A DNA stretch of 64,000 nt. Origin: Lama glama. Its lineage: Eukaryota. The stretch covers positions 8,372,001 through 8,436,000 of the forward strand of contig CM052818.1 of NCBI GenBank assembly GCA_028534125.1, given 5' to 3'. Shown here in pieces: positions 14,180 to 26,946 of this stretch. The notes under the pieces are model-generated. The model saw only the letters and a program-made list of their open reading frames with translations, was not told where the DNA came from and made no database searches. Numbering within the stretch: position 1 is the first letter of the stretch; every line of letters begins with the position of its first letter. Made by a program: the position numbers and the translations under genes.

Positions 14180-15560
14180 CAGTCAGGAGATGAGGTACAG
14201 TGGAAGAAAGCCAGGAAGGAGAAAAGCATAAAATCAGAATATCAATTTGTACTGACAAATCATTTGGTATTAAATTCTAAAGACACGTAAACTGCATAAA
14301 GAACTGATGGCTTGATTAGCTCTTGTGGTGCAATTCAAGGAGCTGTCTCACAGATTCTTCATTTGGAGGAACACTTTGATCTTTGTTCAAGTCAATTCAT
14401 GAACATCAACTGACAAGACTGCATGAAACACCCCGATGGTTAGGTCCAAACTCCAAACAAACTATTTGGTTTCATTAAGGGCTTCCAGAAAAGGTGACCA
14501 AGACAATCCTTTCAGAAGCCAACAGCCAAGTGACTCTTTAAGTTCTAATGTGCACAATGTATCGCCGAGAGTTAATATACATATAAGCAATCAGTCAAGT
14601 ACGGGAATACTTTTATCTACTTCGTGACAAAAAGGAAAGCAGCATTTCAATTTCATTCTCATCAAGGCACTGCAATGTTCTTTTATAATTTTGAAGCAAT
14701 ACATCAGCAATCTCAAAGGCAGGAAAGGGTAATGGTTAAAAAAATTTAAATCAAAAGAGCTGTAAACATTTTAGAGAAAAAAACTTGCTAAATCAGCATT
14801 TCATAAAAATAAAGATAATAAGAAATTAATTACAGAGCTTTCTTTTCTATAGTTAATTTTTTAAATGCAGTTTAACCCCCTTTTGGGAAGGGAACTATTT
14901 CAAAGGGTTCACTTTTGCACCCACCCCTGTCAAAGAAGGTCAGAAACACTCAAGTATAAAGTCACTGCACTGCTGTGGCACAAATAGTTTCTGCCGCTAA
15001 AATCAAACAAAGACCAATTAAACTAATCATAACGTTCCAGTGAACACAAGGAAGCTCACCTGGTATTTCTGGACTTCTTTCGTGAATTTTCAAATCTACT
15101 CAGTTCTTGGTATTATAATTACCTTGACCAAAATACTGTGAAATTACTGCTCTGATCTACTAATGGCTGCAAAAATCAAGTCGTTGTGGTTTCATGCCAA
15201 GGGGCCATAGCAAGGTGGCGCAATGATTTCTGACACAGAAGACAACTTCTAAAAACTCAAAAGGGAAAAAATTAACGGGATGTGGTTTACATTGCCAAAG
15301 ACTGTTCATTAATTACCAATTTAATCACTGCTGGAGGCATGACATTACAAAAATCTGGCTGAAAGTTCTAATAGATTATGAAGACCACCTAAGAAGAGTG
15401 ACCAAGAAATGTACAAAACAATTAATACTGTTTCACTGCTATCAAAGACACTCAGATTATTTTACATCAAGTGAAGCAAAGGAATTAGTAGCTTCACAGT
15501 GCCACCACTAGGAACTGTAAATACAATAGCACACAATTAGAAATGCACATGTGACTTTTC
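14180..15560. promoter_or_regulatory. Putative conserved intronic enhancer region
   Basis: Unique, repeat-free sequence with tandem TCF/SOX sites CTTTGAT-CTTTGTT (14374-14387), AACAAAG/CAATTA/TAATCA cluster (15006-15029), TGACA/TGTCA sites and retained CpGs. Confidence 0.5.
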
Positions 15561-16588
15561 GTTCAAGGCATATATCCTTGGGAAAGCCAGAACATGATAA
15601 GGAGAATAAAAGAAACATTAAAAAATGAAATGAATAAAGATTTAAACTCTACCCCTGTGCATGCTGAGCAATAACAGAAAAGTCAATATAAAATACAGCT
15701 TTTAGTAATGGTGATATCATCCTGGGATGTTCAACACTGCACTGAACAGCCATATGGAAAATGTCTATGCCCATTAATAGCCCCATAAAAGGAGTGTTCC
15801 TAATGCTAAAATACCCAGTCTTGGCTTCATGCATTCATGGCAATCTCAAATAAATAAGACTTTTGAGGCTAGGGGTTTGTGGCCACATAATAGAAAAGAT
15901 GCTTGAGATTTTTCCCCCCTCACAATGCTTGTGTTTTGTGCAACTTTGAAGACATGCTAGTAAGCTAACAATATGTTTTCCAAGAAGTCTAGTAGCTATT
16001 GTTAGGTTAGCAGGCTTCACATCAACTTAAATTTAGACATAATAGATAAACTATTATTTAAATCATAATGAATAAAAACCACTGCCCTGTATAGAGGCAC
16101 TTATGCCGAATAGAGGAGTACATCAGCATTCTTTTATAAAATGCAACTATAAAAAAAGATTAGCTATATATTTAAAGTCTTACTGGTCTGAAACGGATTA
16201 TGTACATTAAATCTTTTGTCAATTGTGTTGGAGTAAGAAATAAGGAATATATTTTCACTTTGTGCCCTGGGTGTAGACATTCCAGCTCATACAGAGAATA
16301 AAAATCCCTAAAAAAGACAAAATTCTTACTCTCTCTGTTATTAAAGGTTTTAGATTTCTTTTTATAATAACTGATGTTCTTTTAAATTATAAATGCAAAG
16401 TTACCTACTTCTTTCTAATAAAAGAACAAACAATATGTGTCATTAGAAAAAATAAAAATTTTTAGCTTGATCTTAATTTTAAAGCTTGAATACTAGAGGT
16501 TAATTAGTTATTTAAATGTAACATAGCCAATATCTATAAACATGCAAGCATACTCTTATATACATTTTTATGATAAGACATGCTTAGG

Positions 16589-16611
16589 ACACACACACAC
16601 ACACACACACA
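16589..16611. repeat. (AC)n microsatellite
   Basis: acacac run. Other simple repeats: (TG)n ~2903-2928, (TA)n ~57322-57350, polypyrimidine ~47840-47949. Confidence 0.9.
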
Positions 16612-19600
16612 TATATGAAAACTATGGGAAAGTTTCTATCAGAGATTACCAACATGATGTTTAGAGTTTTTTTACCAATTAGATGGTAACTGTTTCTTTG
16701 ATTATCTGGAAAAGATCTAGTGATCTTATCTAAATCTGCTACAATTATCAGCACAACAGATCAGTCCCATTTAAATCAGCATTTTCCAATTAACATCAAA
16801 AGTACAAGGTTGCTGTTGCACTCTTTCCTATCAACAAAATACCTGTTAAAGGTTTAATTCGAAAAAGAGTAGCTTGCATTCTTTTGGTTCTTACCAAATA
16901 AGACATTTGGATTCATTACTATGACCAGTTAAAAAAAAAATCCATTGTATCTTTGTTGATTACTGATCTTTGCAGTTAACTAACGACTGACCAAACTGAA
17001 ATTCCCTTCCCATGTACACAGTTTTCTTTAGAGGATTCAAATACTCCTGCAAACCTTTAAAGACAGACACCGCAAACTGTCCAGGACTTTCTGCTGCCTT
17101 GCAGTTTGATCCTGCTAAGTGAGGGTGGGCTCCTATACCAACTAACTGTAATGGATCACTCACTATGCTTGCAGATTAAATACTAGGGAAAAATTTCAAG
17201 TCTGTTTAATAATAATGTAATTCTTTGTTGATCTTTCTTTCAAAAAAGATTCCAGGTATCTAACAACTATCTTGCAAACCATATTCTTATGCTATATAAT
17301 TTATAGTTGAAAGAACTGAAAACAAACATGTAAATTCAGATTGTTAAGTGATCAGACTAATTAGATTCAAAAATCATCCCAATTCCATTTTTAGACTTTC
17401 TATTTATAAAATAGATTTTATTCTTTCTTGAAAATATAAAGGTTAATAATTAAAACTATATGGCATCCTTCTTCTGATAGGTTCAAAGTACTTCATAAAT
17501 ATCCTAATAACAATTCCAAGGAATATGGGTGGCAGTCATCCCATACTCTTAGTGTACTGATCCTAAGCTTTAGTACATCAAATGCAAACATCTCTTTCAA
17601 CTATCTGTACAATTACATGAGCAGTATTAAATGCAATGGTGGATTTATTAAATGTATTTTTTAAAAATCAATTATATTATAACAGTAATAAGCATAAGAA
17701 TCTGAAATAGACTACCTTATTAAATTCTATTTGTGCATTTCATGGGAAAAAGGTGTTTGAGCAAATTGATTTTAAAAAAATAAATAATTAAAAGGGAAAT
17801 ATTTTCTTGAAAAAAGGTATTACATTTTTCTCAGAGTTGAGTTTAAATATATAACCAAGGAAGCTTTTTTGGATTATATAATGCTAGATTGTTGAAAAAC
17901 CTGTCAAACCCTTGAGTTGTACTTAGAAAAAATTATTTTAAGTACATGTGAAAACAAAACAAACATCACACATAAAATTTACATTAGTAAAATGTAACAT
18001 ATGAAAATCTTCACAGGAGAAAAGGAATAGGAAGCAAAGAAATATAAATCACAGAGATTTATAGCAATAAAATATACCTCCTATAGAAAAATAATGTCAG
18101 GAAACACCTGAAACAGGTTAAACAAATGTTTAAAGGTACAGAGATACAAATGAATAATGTAAACTACTTTGCCTAAAAAAGATCTAAATACATTATGTAC
18201 TTGTAGCAAGTTCTCATTAAAACATGCAATGGTAGTCTTCACAAAAATTAAGAGAAATTATAAGGTTTAGAGTATCTGTGTTTGAGAGTTCCCTTTTAAG
18301 AGAAATTACAACCCAAATATTTCCTGAGGATAACTTAAGTAGAGTCTGTACATAAGAATCCACCAGATAATATTATCAAGAATCGTCTTCAGTGCCTTAG
18401 AAATTGTTTCCTAGCCTTCCAAGTTAAAGTTATACTAATTTATATAAGAGGAATGTTTGGTTAGAGTGGTGTGATTCGAGGCAGAGTTAGAAGCTGAGCT
18501 CTCTTAAGACGCCCCAGGATATGGGAAGAGCAGGTATGTGCAAGGATTTTGTGTGTACGCATCGTAACAACAGAAGAAAGTATAATGCAGAATTCAAGAA
18601 TAAGAACAAAAGGATGATACAGGGAACCATGAGGCCCAAAGTGGCAAATGTCATCTCTATAACTGATTTGAGAAAGGGGAACCCCTTAACTTTCTCTAAT
18701 AATGATAATCAATCCTGCTTTAAAGATCTTCAAAGAGATAATCTCTTCTCCTGGTTACCAAAAAAACTCCTTCTAGCAACCCACATTTTTCATGTTTAAG
18801 CTCATGTTTTTATTAGTCAACACTCAGAAGACACGAAAAATAGACTGTCATTATTCCCTCTCTTCATTTATTCATTGAACAAACATTTACTTAGTATTAA
18901 TACTTGGTGCTGGGGATACAAGGTTCTTGTACTTTCAACAGTTGATAGTTGAGTGGAAGAAAGAGGTGTATAAATGGATAGTTAGATGGGACAAATGTAG
19001 CAGTAGTGATATATACAACATATAAGAAAAAGACACAGGAAGAAAATTAACTCTACTGCGAGAAGCCAGGACAGAGGTGCTCACAGAAGTGATTTTCCTA
19101 ACAAGGGAAGAAAGGCACTTCAGGGAGAATAGCAAATGCCTGAAATAGGAATGAAAGTATATGCTACATTCTCTCTGCAAGCAACTTAGTCGAGATGGAT
19201 TGTAGAGAGTCAAAAATGGGAAAGAGGTGAGAAATGAGGCTAGAAAGGGAGGATACAGGATTTGCAAGGACTTTATATGAGGCCATATTGAGAACTTTGG
19301 AAGTTTATTCTCTTGGGTAAGCAGGAGTTATCAGAAAGAATTTGAGCCTTCATATACTCAAATTAGTACTTAAACTATTTTCCAGTTTTCTCTTTATATT
19401 TTATAAGCCTGCCTTTCCTTAAAAGTAGATCTTTGCTTTCAATCCTTTAACACTTCTGTGAATCCTCTTAAATTCTCTCTCTCAATCCAGAACTAGATAC
19501 GGACTAGATACCTCAAAAGGAGGTAACCTGCACTAAGTACACAGACGTTGTCCCATGCAGTGCAGGCTTCTATTTAAGTACTCTAACATCAATTATTAAA

Positions 19601-20730
19601 ATGGCTCTACTCATTCTTCTTAGTATTCATCAGAAGGTCCTAGGATAGTTGTATAGAAACAAAGTTTAGAAGGATAAAAAAATTGCTGAAGAAGTCCTAA
19701 ATCAGCAGTCTCTTAAGAGTAAGTAACTAAGCTCTTCAGTAAACTCTTAAAGATTTAAGGTCAGTGTCTCATTTATTCAAGACTTGAGGTCACTCCTGGG
19801 TACCATCATTTTTTTTTTTAACTCATGGGAATTCTCAGTTAAACTAAGAACACACAAAGCAGTGGGTAGCACTGCTACCCACTCAGTACCAAAGCACACA
19901 ATATAAAGGGCAAGATAATTTACAATGAATTTAAAAATAAGAACACACTAAATTAAGGCACAAATTAAAGAGCATAAGGAAGTGAAAATAGAAGCAATCA
20001 GTTCACTAAATTAGATGCCAGCTTTTTTTTTTTAAGTCAGACCTGCTTTTTATTTACCAGAAGTCTTTTGATCTCTCCAGAGTGAAAGGAATGCCTGACA
20101 CTTAAGTGGGGATAGCATTAGTCATGGTTCTCTTACCCTCTCCACCATGGACACCTATGAATCCGAATGTCACGTGGGAGTAAATTTTTTATTTTGGCCT
20201 CCATATCACAAATTGAAAAATAGATTTAGACAGATTAAGTAATTTCCAGTTTTAGTATCACTTAAGTCACATTCAGCTGCTCCAGAGATGAAATTCGGTA
20301 TTTTCTCTTTTAGTTTTGTCAGCCAAGTTGGCCATACTACTTTTCCAAAATTATGGACAGTACTCCTAAATAATTCCGGTCTGTATGTACAAGAGCTACC
20401 AGAAATGATAAAGAAAATGATCAAATTAAAAACGCTACTATATCCTTGGAAAAGATATCATTCTGATTATCAAATTGCATACTAAGTTGAAAATATGAAA
20501 AGCAATGGCAAGGTCTAACTTCTTTTGTGAAACTGGACTCCTCTGACATTTCACATTTTCTTTCTTAAATCATTTCAATATATAAGTCCCACAGAGTACT
20601 GGGTATCAAAACTAGAGCAACGGTCCCAGAATGTACTATTTAGTTCATGGAATTGATGTTCTCCATAACCCATTTATATAGGGTTTGACTTACTTGAAAA
20701 ATGAGTAATAGTAGAATGTGCAAGAAAAAT

Positions 20731-20875
20731 TTTATTTTTTATTTTATTTTCTTGTTTTTTTTGGGGGGGCGGGTAAACAAGTTTATTTATTTTTAATGGA
20801 GGTACTAAGGATTGAACCCAGGACCTTGTGCATGCTAGGCACACACTCTACCACTGAGCTACTATATTCTCCCCA
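20731..20875 (-). mobile_element. tRNA-derived SINE (camelid Vic-1-like)
   Basis: Reverse complement reads GGGGGAG..TAGCTCAGTGGTAGAG...CCTGGGTTCAATCC (Pol III A and B boxes) with an A-rich tail. Confidence 0.85.
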
Positions 20876-20914
20876 CTGAAAGTTTTTAAATTGAGCTTAA
20901 ACTATAACTGAGAA

Positions 20915-21400
20915 GAGGCTGCAACAATATCTTCCATGACACATGCCCTTCTTACAATGTGACTTTGACGCTCCTCCATTGCGTGGTAGCATGTGTGTCT
21001 CTGCTACTTCAACCTGGGTACAGTTTGCTGGCTGCTTAAGCCAACAGTATGGCAAAAGTGATGCCATGTGACTTTTAAAGCTAGATCATAAGAATGCATA
21101 AGAGGGTCTATCTTACTCTCTTGGGACACTTGCTGTTAGATCCAGCCACCATGCTGTGAGAAAGCCCATACTACCCCATGTGGAGAGAATATATGGAGAG
21201 GCCATGTACAGTTATTCCAACTGATAGTCAAGCACAGGTCCTAGCTGAAAACCAGCCCCAGAAATTGTAGAACAGAAACAAACAATCCTCCCAGTGTCCT
21301 ATACTAATGTTTAACTTATAGAATCTGTGAGTACAATAAAATGGTTATTTTATATCAATAAGGTTTTCAGTGTTCTTTTATGCAGCAGAACGTAACCTGA
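20915..21400 (+). mobile_element. ERVL-MaLR solo LTR (MLT1-type)
   Basis: ccagccaccatgctgtgagaaagccca, agaatctgtgag..aataaaatggttatttt. Confidence 0.7.
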
Positions 21401-22929
21401 AAGAGGGAAAGTATCTTTGGGACTGTCTGAAGCAGAGTTTCATAAGCAATAGGGTACAACTTTGGGTATGTGGGAAATAAATGCAATAAAGTAACCAGCC
21501 GGGCATGCAGCTAGCTAGCTATGCAGCAGAGAGCTGCTCTTCATGAGAAAAAGAAATGTAACAACTAATAAATGATTATAAGACAACAAATCCAAGTCAC
21601 ATCAGTGGCAAAGGAACAATGAGATATTTTGTGAGATATCATGATTACCATTTATCAAATAGTAGTCATCAAGAGTTTCACGTCCTCTCAATGTAAACAG
21701 AACTGCTATTATTGAATTTGCCATTTATCTCACACCTAGGCATCAACTGTAAAAGTGAAGGGTTCTTTCTGCATCTCTGTTCTTAAAACATACACATACA
21801 CACACACATACATCTTAGAGATACTGAAACAAAGCACTAGTTTAAATGAAAACAGCTTTATGGTCAAGTATGTTACTATGTTTAGGTATGTTAAGAATAC
21901 AATATATTAAAAATATCTTTTTTGGATTCCAAAAATTTCTCCAGTTTAATATATTTATCTAAACATATCATATTTTTAAAACAGAAAAAAAAAAGCCTCT
22001 AGACACCATTTGTTACACTATCCTTAGGGATAAATATTAACAATTTGGATTATTTTCCTTCCTGTCCTTTTCAATGCATTCAAAAACATAGCCTCTATTA
22101 TTTCAAAATGGAGTTAGTAACCCATATGCTATTTTATATCTTTCTTTTTGTACAAAATGACATTCTGAACATTTTCCTTTCAATATTCTTTCAAAACATT
22201 ACTGAAAAATTTTTAATGGCTACATAACAAGTATATATATTTGTTATAATTTATTTGATCATTCCCCTGTTTTTAATGATGGTTATTTTATAACTTTTGC
22301 TATTATAAATAACATTATGATGAAAACCTATATATTTATCTTTGTTAGTGGTATTATTGGGTAAAATGGAACGAGCCTTTCTTGATGAAGTCTACTCACT
22401 TTCCAGAAAGGTATAGTAAGTTACATGCCACCAGCAGTGTAAAAGAATATCTAACTCAATGAAACATCATCACCATCATGTTTCTCAAAGTCCAAGTTGT
22501 ATATTTTACAGATGCGGAAGATGTCACAGACATAGAATAAAAGATATTTTAGCAATTAACTTCTGATGTTGAGTTCACACTAATATTATTTAGCCAGAAG
22601 TTTAAGTTTTATTTATGGGAAATTAGAAGTATAAGTAAAATTACTGGTGCCTTAAATAGAAGGGATGACTAATAAAATATTTGTTGAAAGTTTAAAGTAA
22701 CAAATAAATAAATTGAATGAAAGAATAATCAGCTTTAAAAGTCAGGATACTTGAATTCTAAGTCTAGTTTCCCACTGTCTGCAACTCTAGGTAAATTTAA
22801 ACACTCTTTCCTAACTCATTTTCTTAACCTCTACAATAGACACAAAAATAATACCTATTTCTATTTCACAAGGATGTCGGAAAAATAAATAAGAAGGAAA
22901 CATAACACAATGCTTTAAAAACATAATCA

Positions 22930-23135
22930 CTGAAGTCAAATTGCCTAGGTTCAATTATTGGCTCTGTTACTTATTAGCTGTGTGACCATAGGCAGCTTGT
23001 TAACTTGCTTGTGTGTCAGTTTTCTCAACTACAGAGGTAATTGTTTTGGAGATTAAATGAGAAAATCCATGTGAAAGCACTTTGAATCCTGTCTGACACA
23101 CGGTAAGCGCTCAATAAACATTATATGGCAATTAT
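22930..23135. mobile_element. MIR SINE
   Basis: MIR core ctctgttacttattagctgtgtgacc..ggca...tcagttttctca...gcgctcaataaa. Other MIR-like pieces at ~6490-6670, 8270-8450, 22730-22890, 26230-26460, 28550-28720 and 41790-41930. Confidence 0.7.
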
Positions 23136-23934
23136 TAATATATGTAAAATTTACACATAGGTAAAGTAATTGCTTTTTAAAAATCTACTTGGCAGACAGA
23201 TCATTTAAATCTCAGGTATTCTGAATTTAAAAATACAGAGCTATAAACTTTCCATAACTTACGGAGCATGAAAGAATTGTGAAACAAAGTTCATTACAAA
23301 TAAAATACAGTATCAATTAAATAACTTTCTTTTTAAAGAGAATATTATTTCTGTGGCTCTTCACTTAACCAGATCCTTCTCACCCATCAAATCTTAGCTC
23401 AAATGCCCCCCTCCTCAAATCACTCCTACCTACTCCAATTATCCTCTACTGCATCATGTAGTTTTCACACTTTGTAGTTAACTTAATTATTCATTATTAC
23501 CTGTCACTTTTGACCAAAATGCAAATTCCATGAGGGAAGAACCTTAGACTTTTCTGTCACCATAAATACACTCACTTCCGACAATAAATATCTGGCAAAC
23601 AACCAAATCAAGCAATTGATGATGTAACAGATGGCTAGGCACTGAAAGAGTTGGTACAAGGGCTACAAAAGTTCTTCCTTAGAAAGAGTGGCAATCTAGA
23701 TCAGTTTCTCAAACATTTTTATCACGACCTACAGTTAAAAACACATCTTATACCAAATCCAGGAAGCACACATACCACCTAACTAAAACAAGTCTCACAC
23801 AAAAATACTATGATGTGTGATCAATTCTGATGTTTATTTCATTCAAGTGTTCTACTCCTTTTCATTGAAAATAAAATTATAGTAGCCCACTAAACCCATT
23901 TTACATGACATCGTATAAAGACCTGAAGTCTGCA

Positions 23935-24090
23935 TATCGTACAGCACAGGAAACATAATCAATATTCTATAATAACTTTAAATGGAGTATAATCTATAAA
24001 AATATTGAATTACTATGTTGTACACCTGAAACTAATATTGTAAATCAACTATACTTTACCTAAAGAAAAAAAATAATAAAGAAAAAAAAC
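23935..24090 (+). mobile_element. Short truncated L1 3' terminus
   Basis: gtacagcacaggaaac...gttgtacacctgaaactaatattgtaaatcaactatact plus A tail. Similar copies at ~27660-27790, 32380-32497 and 42760-42900. Confidence 0.75.
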
Positions 24091-24160
24091 TTTAAGTCTG
24101 AAAAACAATGTTCAAGGTCAGAGGTTATTAAGCTGGTATCTGAAAGGTATTTTAAAAAGT

Positions 24161-26040
24161 ATGCATGGGAAGGAAGAAATAAAAATGCCTTTGTTCCTAG
24201 ATGATATGATCCTCTATGTAGAAAATCTGAAAGAATTGAATGGTGGGGGGGAGGGGCAGCATGGAAAAACCTCTCCAGGAACTAGTAAGGTTGTAAGATA
24301 CAAGGTTAATATGCAAAAGTCAGTTGCTTTCCTATATACCAGCAATGAACAAATAGAATTTGAAATTAAAAACACAGTATCATTTACCTTAGTACCCCTC
24401 AAAATGAATGTTTTTGACACAGGAGCAAAAGTAGCACAATGGAGCAAAAACAGTCTTTTCAACAAATGGTGCTGGAACAACTGGACGTGCACATGCAAAA
24501 AAAAGTAATCTAGACACAGACCTTACACCCTTCACAAAAATTAACTCAAAATGGATCACAGACCTAATGTAAAACACAATACTGTAAAACTCCTAGAAGA
24601 TAATATAGGAGAAAGCCGAGGTGACTGTGGGTATGGTGATGCCATTTTAGATACAACACCAAAGGCATGATCCATGAAAGAAATAACGGATAGGCTAGAT
24701 TTCATTAAAATTAAAAACTGCTCTGTGAAAGGCAAGATGGAGAGAATGAGAAAACAAGCTATAGGCAAGGAGAAAATATTTGCAAAGATACATCTGATAA
24801 CAGACTGTTATTCAAAATAAACAAAGAACTCTTAAAACACAACGGTAAGAAAATAAACAACCTGATTTAAAAATAGGCTAGTGGGGAGGGTATAGTTCAG
24901 TGGCAGTGTGTGTGTTTAGCATTCACAAGGCCCTGGGTTCAATCCCCAGTACTACTATTAAAAAAAAAAAAAGCCAAATTACCTACCTCCTTAAAATAAA
25001 TAAATTAAATTAAACTAAAAAAAAAAACCAAAACCTAATTACTTGCCCTTCCCAATAAGCCAATGACCTTAACAAATACCTCTCCAAGGAAGATTTACAG
25101 ATGGCAAATAAACTTATGAAAAGATGCTCTATATCACATGTCATCAGGAAATTAAAACAATGAGATACCACTACACACCTATTAGAATGGCCAAAATCCA
25201 GAACACTGACAACATCCAAAGCTGGTAAGAATGTAAAATACAAGAACTCTCATTCATTGCTGGTGGGAATGAAAAGTGGTACAGCTACTTCAGAAGACAG
25301 TTGGTGATTTCTTACAAAAGTAAACATACTCTTACCATAAGATCCAACAATTGTGCTCCTTGGTATTTATCCAAAGGAGTTGAAAACCTTAAGTCCACAT
25401 AAAAATCTGCATGTAAATTATTACAGCAGCTTTATTCATAATTGCCAAAACTTGGAAGCAACCAAGATGCCCTTTAATAGGTGAATGAATAAATAACTGT
25501 GGCATATCCAGACAGTGGAATATTATTCAGCACTAAAAAGTGAGCTATCAAGTCACAAAAAGACATGAAAGAACCTTAAATGCATATTACTAAGTGAAAA
25601 GAAGGCAATCAGAAAAGGCAACATACTGAGGTTGCAACTATATGGCATTCTGGAAAACACCAAAATTAAGAAGACAATAAAATTATCAGGCTGCCAGAGG
25701 TTGGGGATGAGGGGAGGGATTAATATGTGAAACACAGTGGAATTTTAGGGCAGTGAAAATACTCTGTATGATATTATAATGATGGATGTGTCATTAACAT
25801 TTGTCCAAATTCACAAAATATATAACACCAAGAGTAAATCATAATGTAAACTATGGACTTTGGGTAATAATGACATGTCAATGTAAATTCATCTGTTTTA
25901 ACAAATGTACCACCTTGGTGGAGAGTGCTGTTAAGGAGGGAAGCTATACATGTGTGGGTGCAGGGGTCTATGGGGAAGCTCTATACCTTCCTCTTAATTC
26001 TGCTGTGAATCTAAAACTGTTCTTAAAAAAAAAAAAAAGA
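24161..26040 (+). mobile_element. LINE-1 3' portion (ORF2 remnant plus 3' UTR, L1MC-like), interrupted by a SINE
   Basis: ORF2 RT-like peptide LFLDDMILYVEN, SLFNKWCWNNW, typical L1 3' UTR and poly(A) at ~26025-26038. Confidence 0.9.
24883..25053 (+). mobile_element. tRNA-derived SINE (Vic-1-like) nested in L1
   Basis: GGGGAGGGTATAGTTCAGTGG...CCTGGGTTCAATCCCCAGTAC, A-rich tail containing AAACCTAATTAC, degenerate TSD aataggctagt/aataagccaat. Confidence 0.88.
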
Positions 26041-26802
26041 ACGTGCAGTTTTATTTACATGTAAAATTAGGACTAGGGCAGGGTTGTCATAATTTTCAGA
26101 TTCATGAAGAGGTTCATGTCCCCCCAGATCTAAGGGCTTCTATTACTGTATGTTCATTATTATCTGTGAGGTACCACACAAAAATATGTATAAAAATATA
26201 GTTTAAGTTGGGGGAGCCGGTGACTGATGGAAAAAAGCATTGACCCTGGAGTCCGATAAGTCTCAAGTTCAAATCCTGAATTCATCATTTACTGACTGCA
26301 ACCTTGTACAAATTACCTTAAGTATCAGCCTCAATCTTCTTATCTAAAAAGGAGTTTGAATATCTATTTCATGATGCTACATAAAATAAAAATTACATAA
26401 AATATCCATTATCATGCCTTGAACATATGACAGGTATTTCAATAAATGGTAGGTATCATTGTTATAGTCTAATACTGCCAAATAAATTGACTTCCACGGA
26501 AAAAATATCATCTTAAGCAAAGCACAACTAAATTACAAAATATAAATTAAAAAAATAGACTATTCAATATAGGTGGAAATTATATCCTAGGATCTTCCTT
26601 TTCCTCATAGCTAACACTGCTGTGTAGGAATAATTACGACATGCTCTTCCAAGTATGAATTTATCAGTTCAATAAATATACCAAGTTCTCACAGTACATA
26701 AAATCTATGGAAAAGTAATCTATCAAAATAAATAAATTAGTCTCCTCAACCCCATGATTACAGCAAACAATGCATTTTTTTTTTTAAACCAATGTTCCTC
26801 AC

Positions 26803-26946
26803 ATCACTTAGCTGCCTGTTGCAGGGTGGTGTGGCTGTGCTGGTATTCTGCTTATTCCCTGCCTTTAAAGCTGCATCTCTTCTTGCTTGCTCAAGAAGAA
26901 CTCTTGCTCTTTCCTTAAGTTCTTCTTGTCTGGATAACATTCGATG
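26803..26946 (-). CDS. EHBP1: EHBP1 coding exon (144 nt), coiled-coil
   Basis: HRMLSRQEELKERARVLLEQARRDAALKAGNKQNTSTATPPCNRQLSD (48 codons). Acceptor ctttgcttttaag, donor gtgagg. Confidence 0.96.

Noticed and set aside
24161..24508. 115-aa ORF with a reverse-transcriptase-like LFLDDMILY motif
   Set aside because: Decayed, internally deleted LINE-1 ORF2 fragment, not a functional or novel RT system
24883..24955. tRNA-like sequence with A and B boxes
   Set aside because: SINE head with A-rich tail and TSD, repeated four times in the window, so not a tRNA gene
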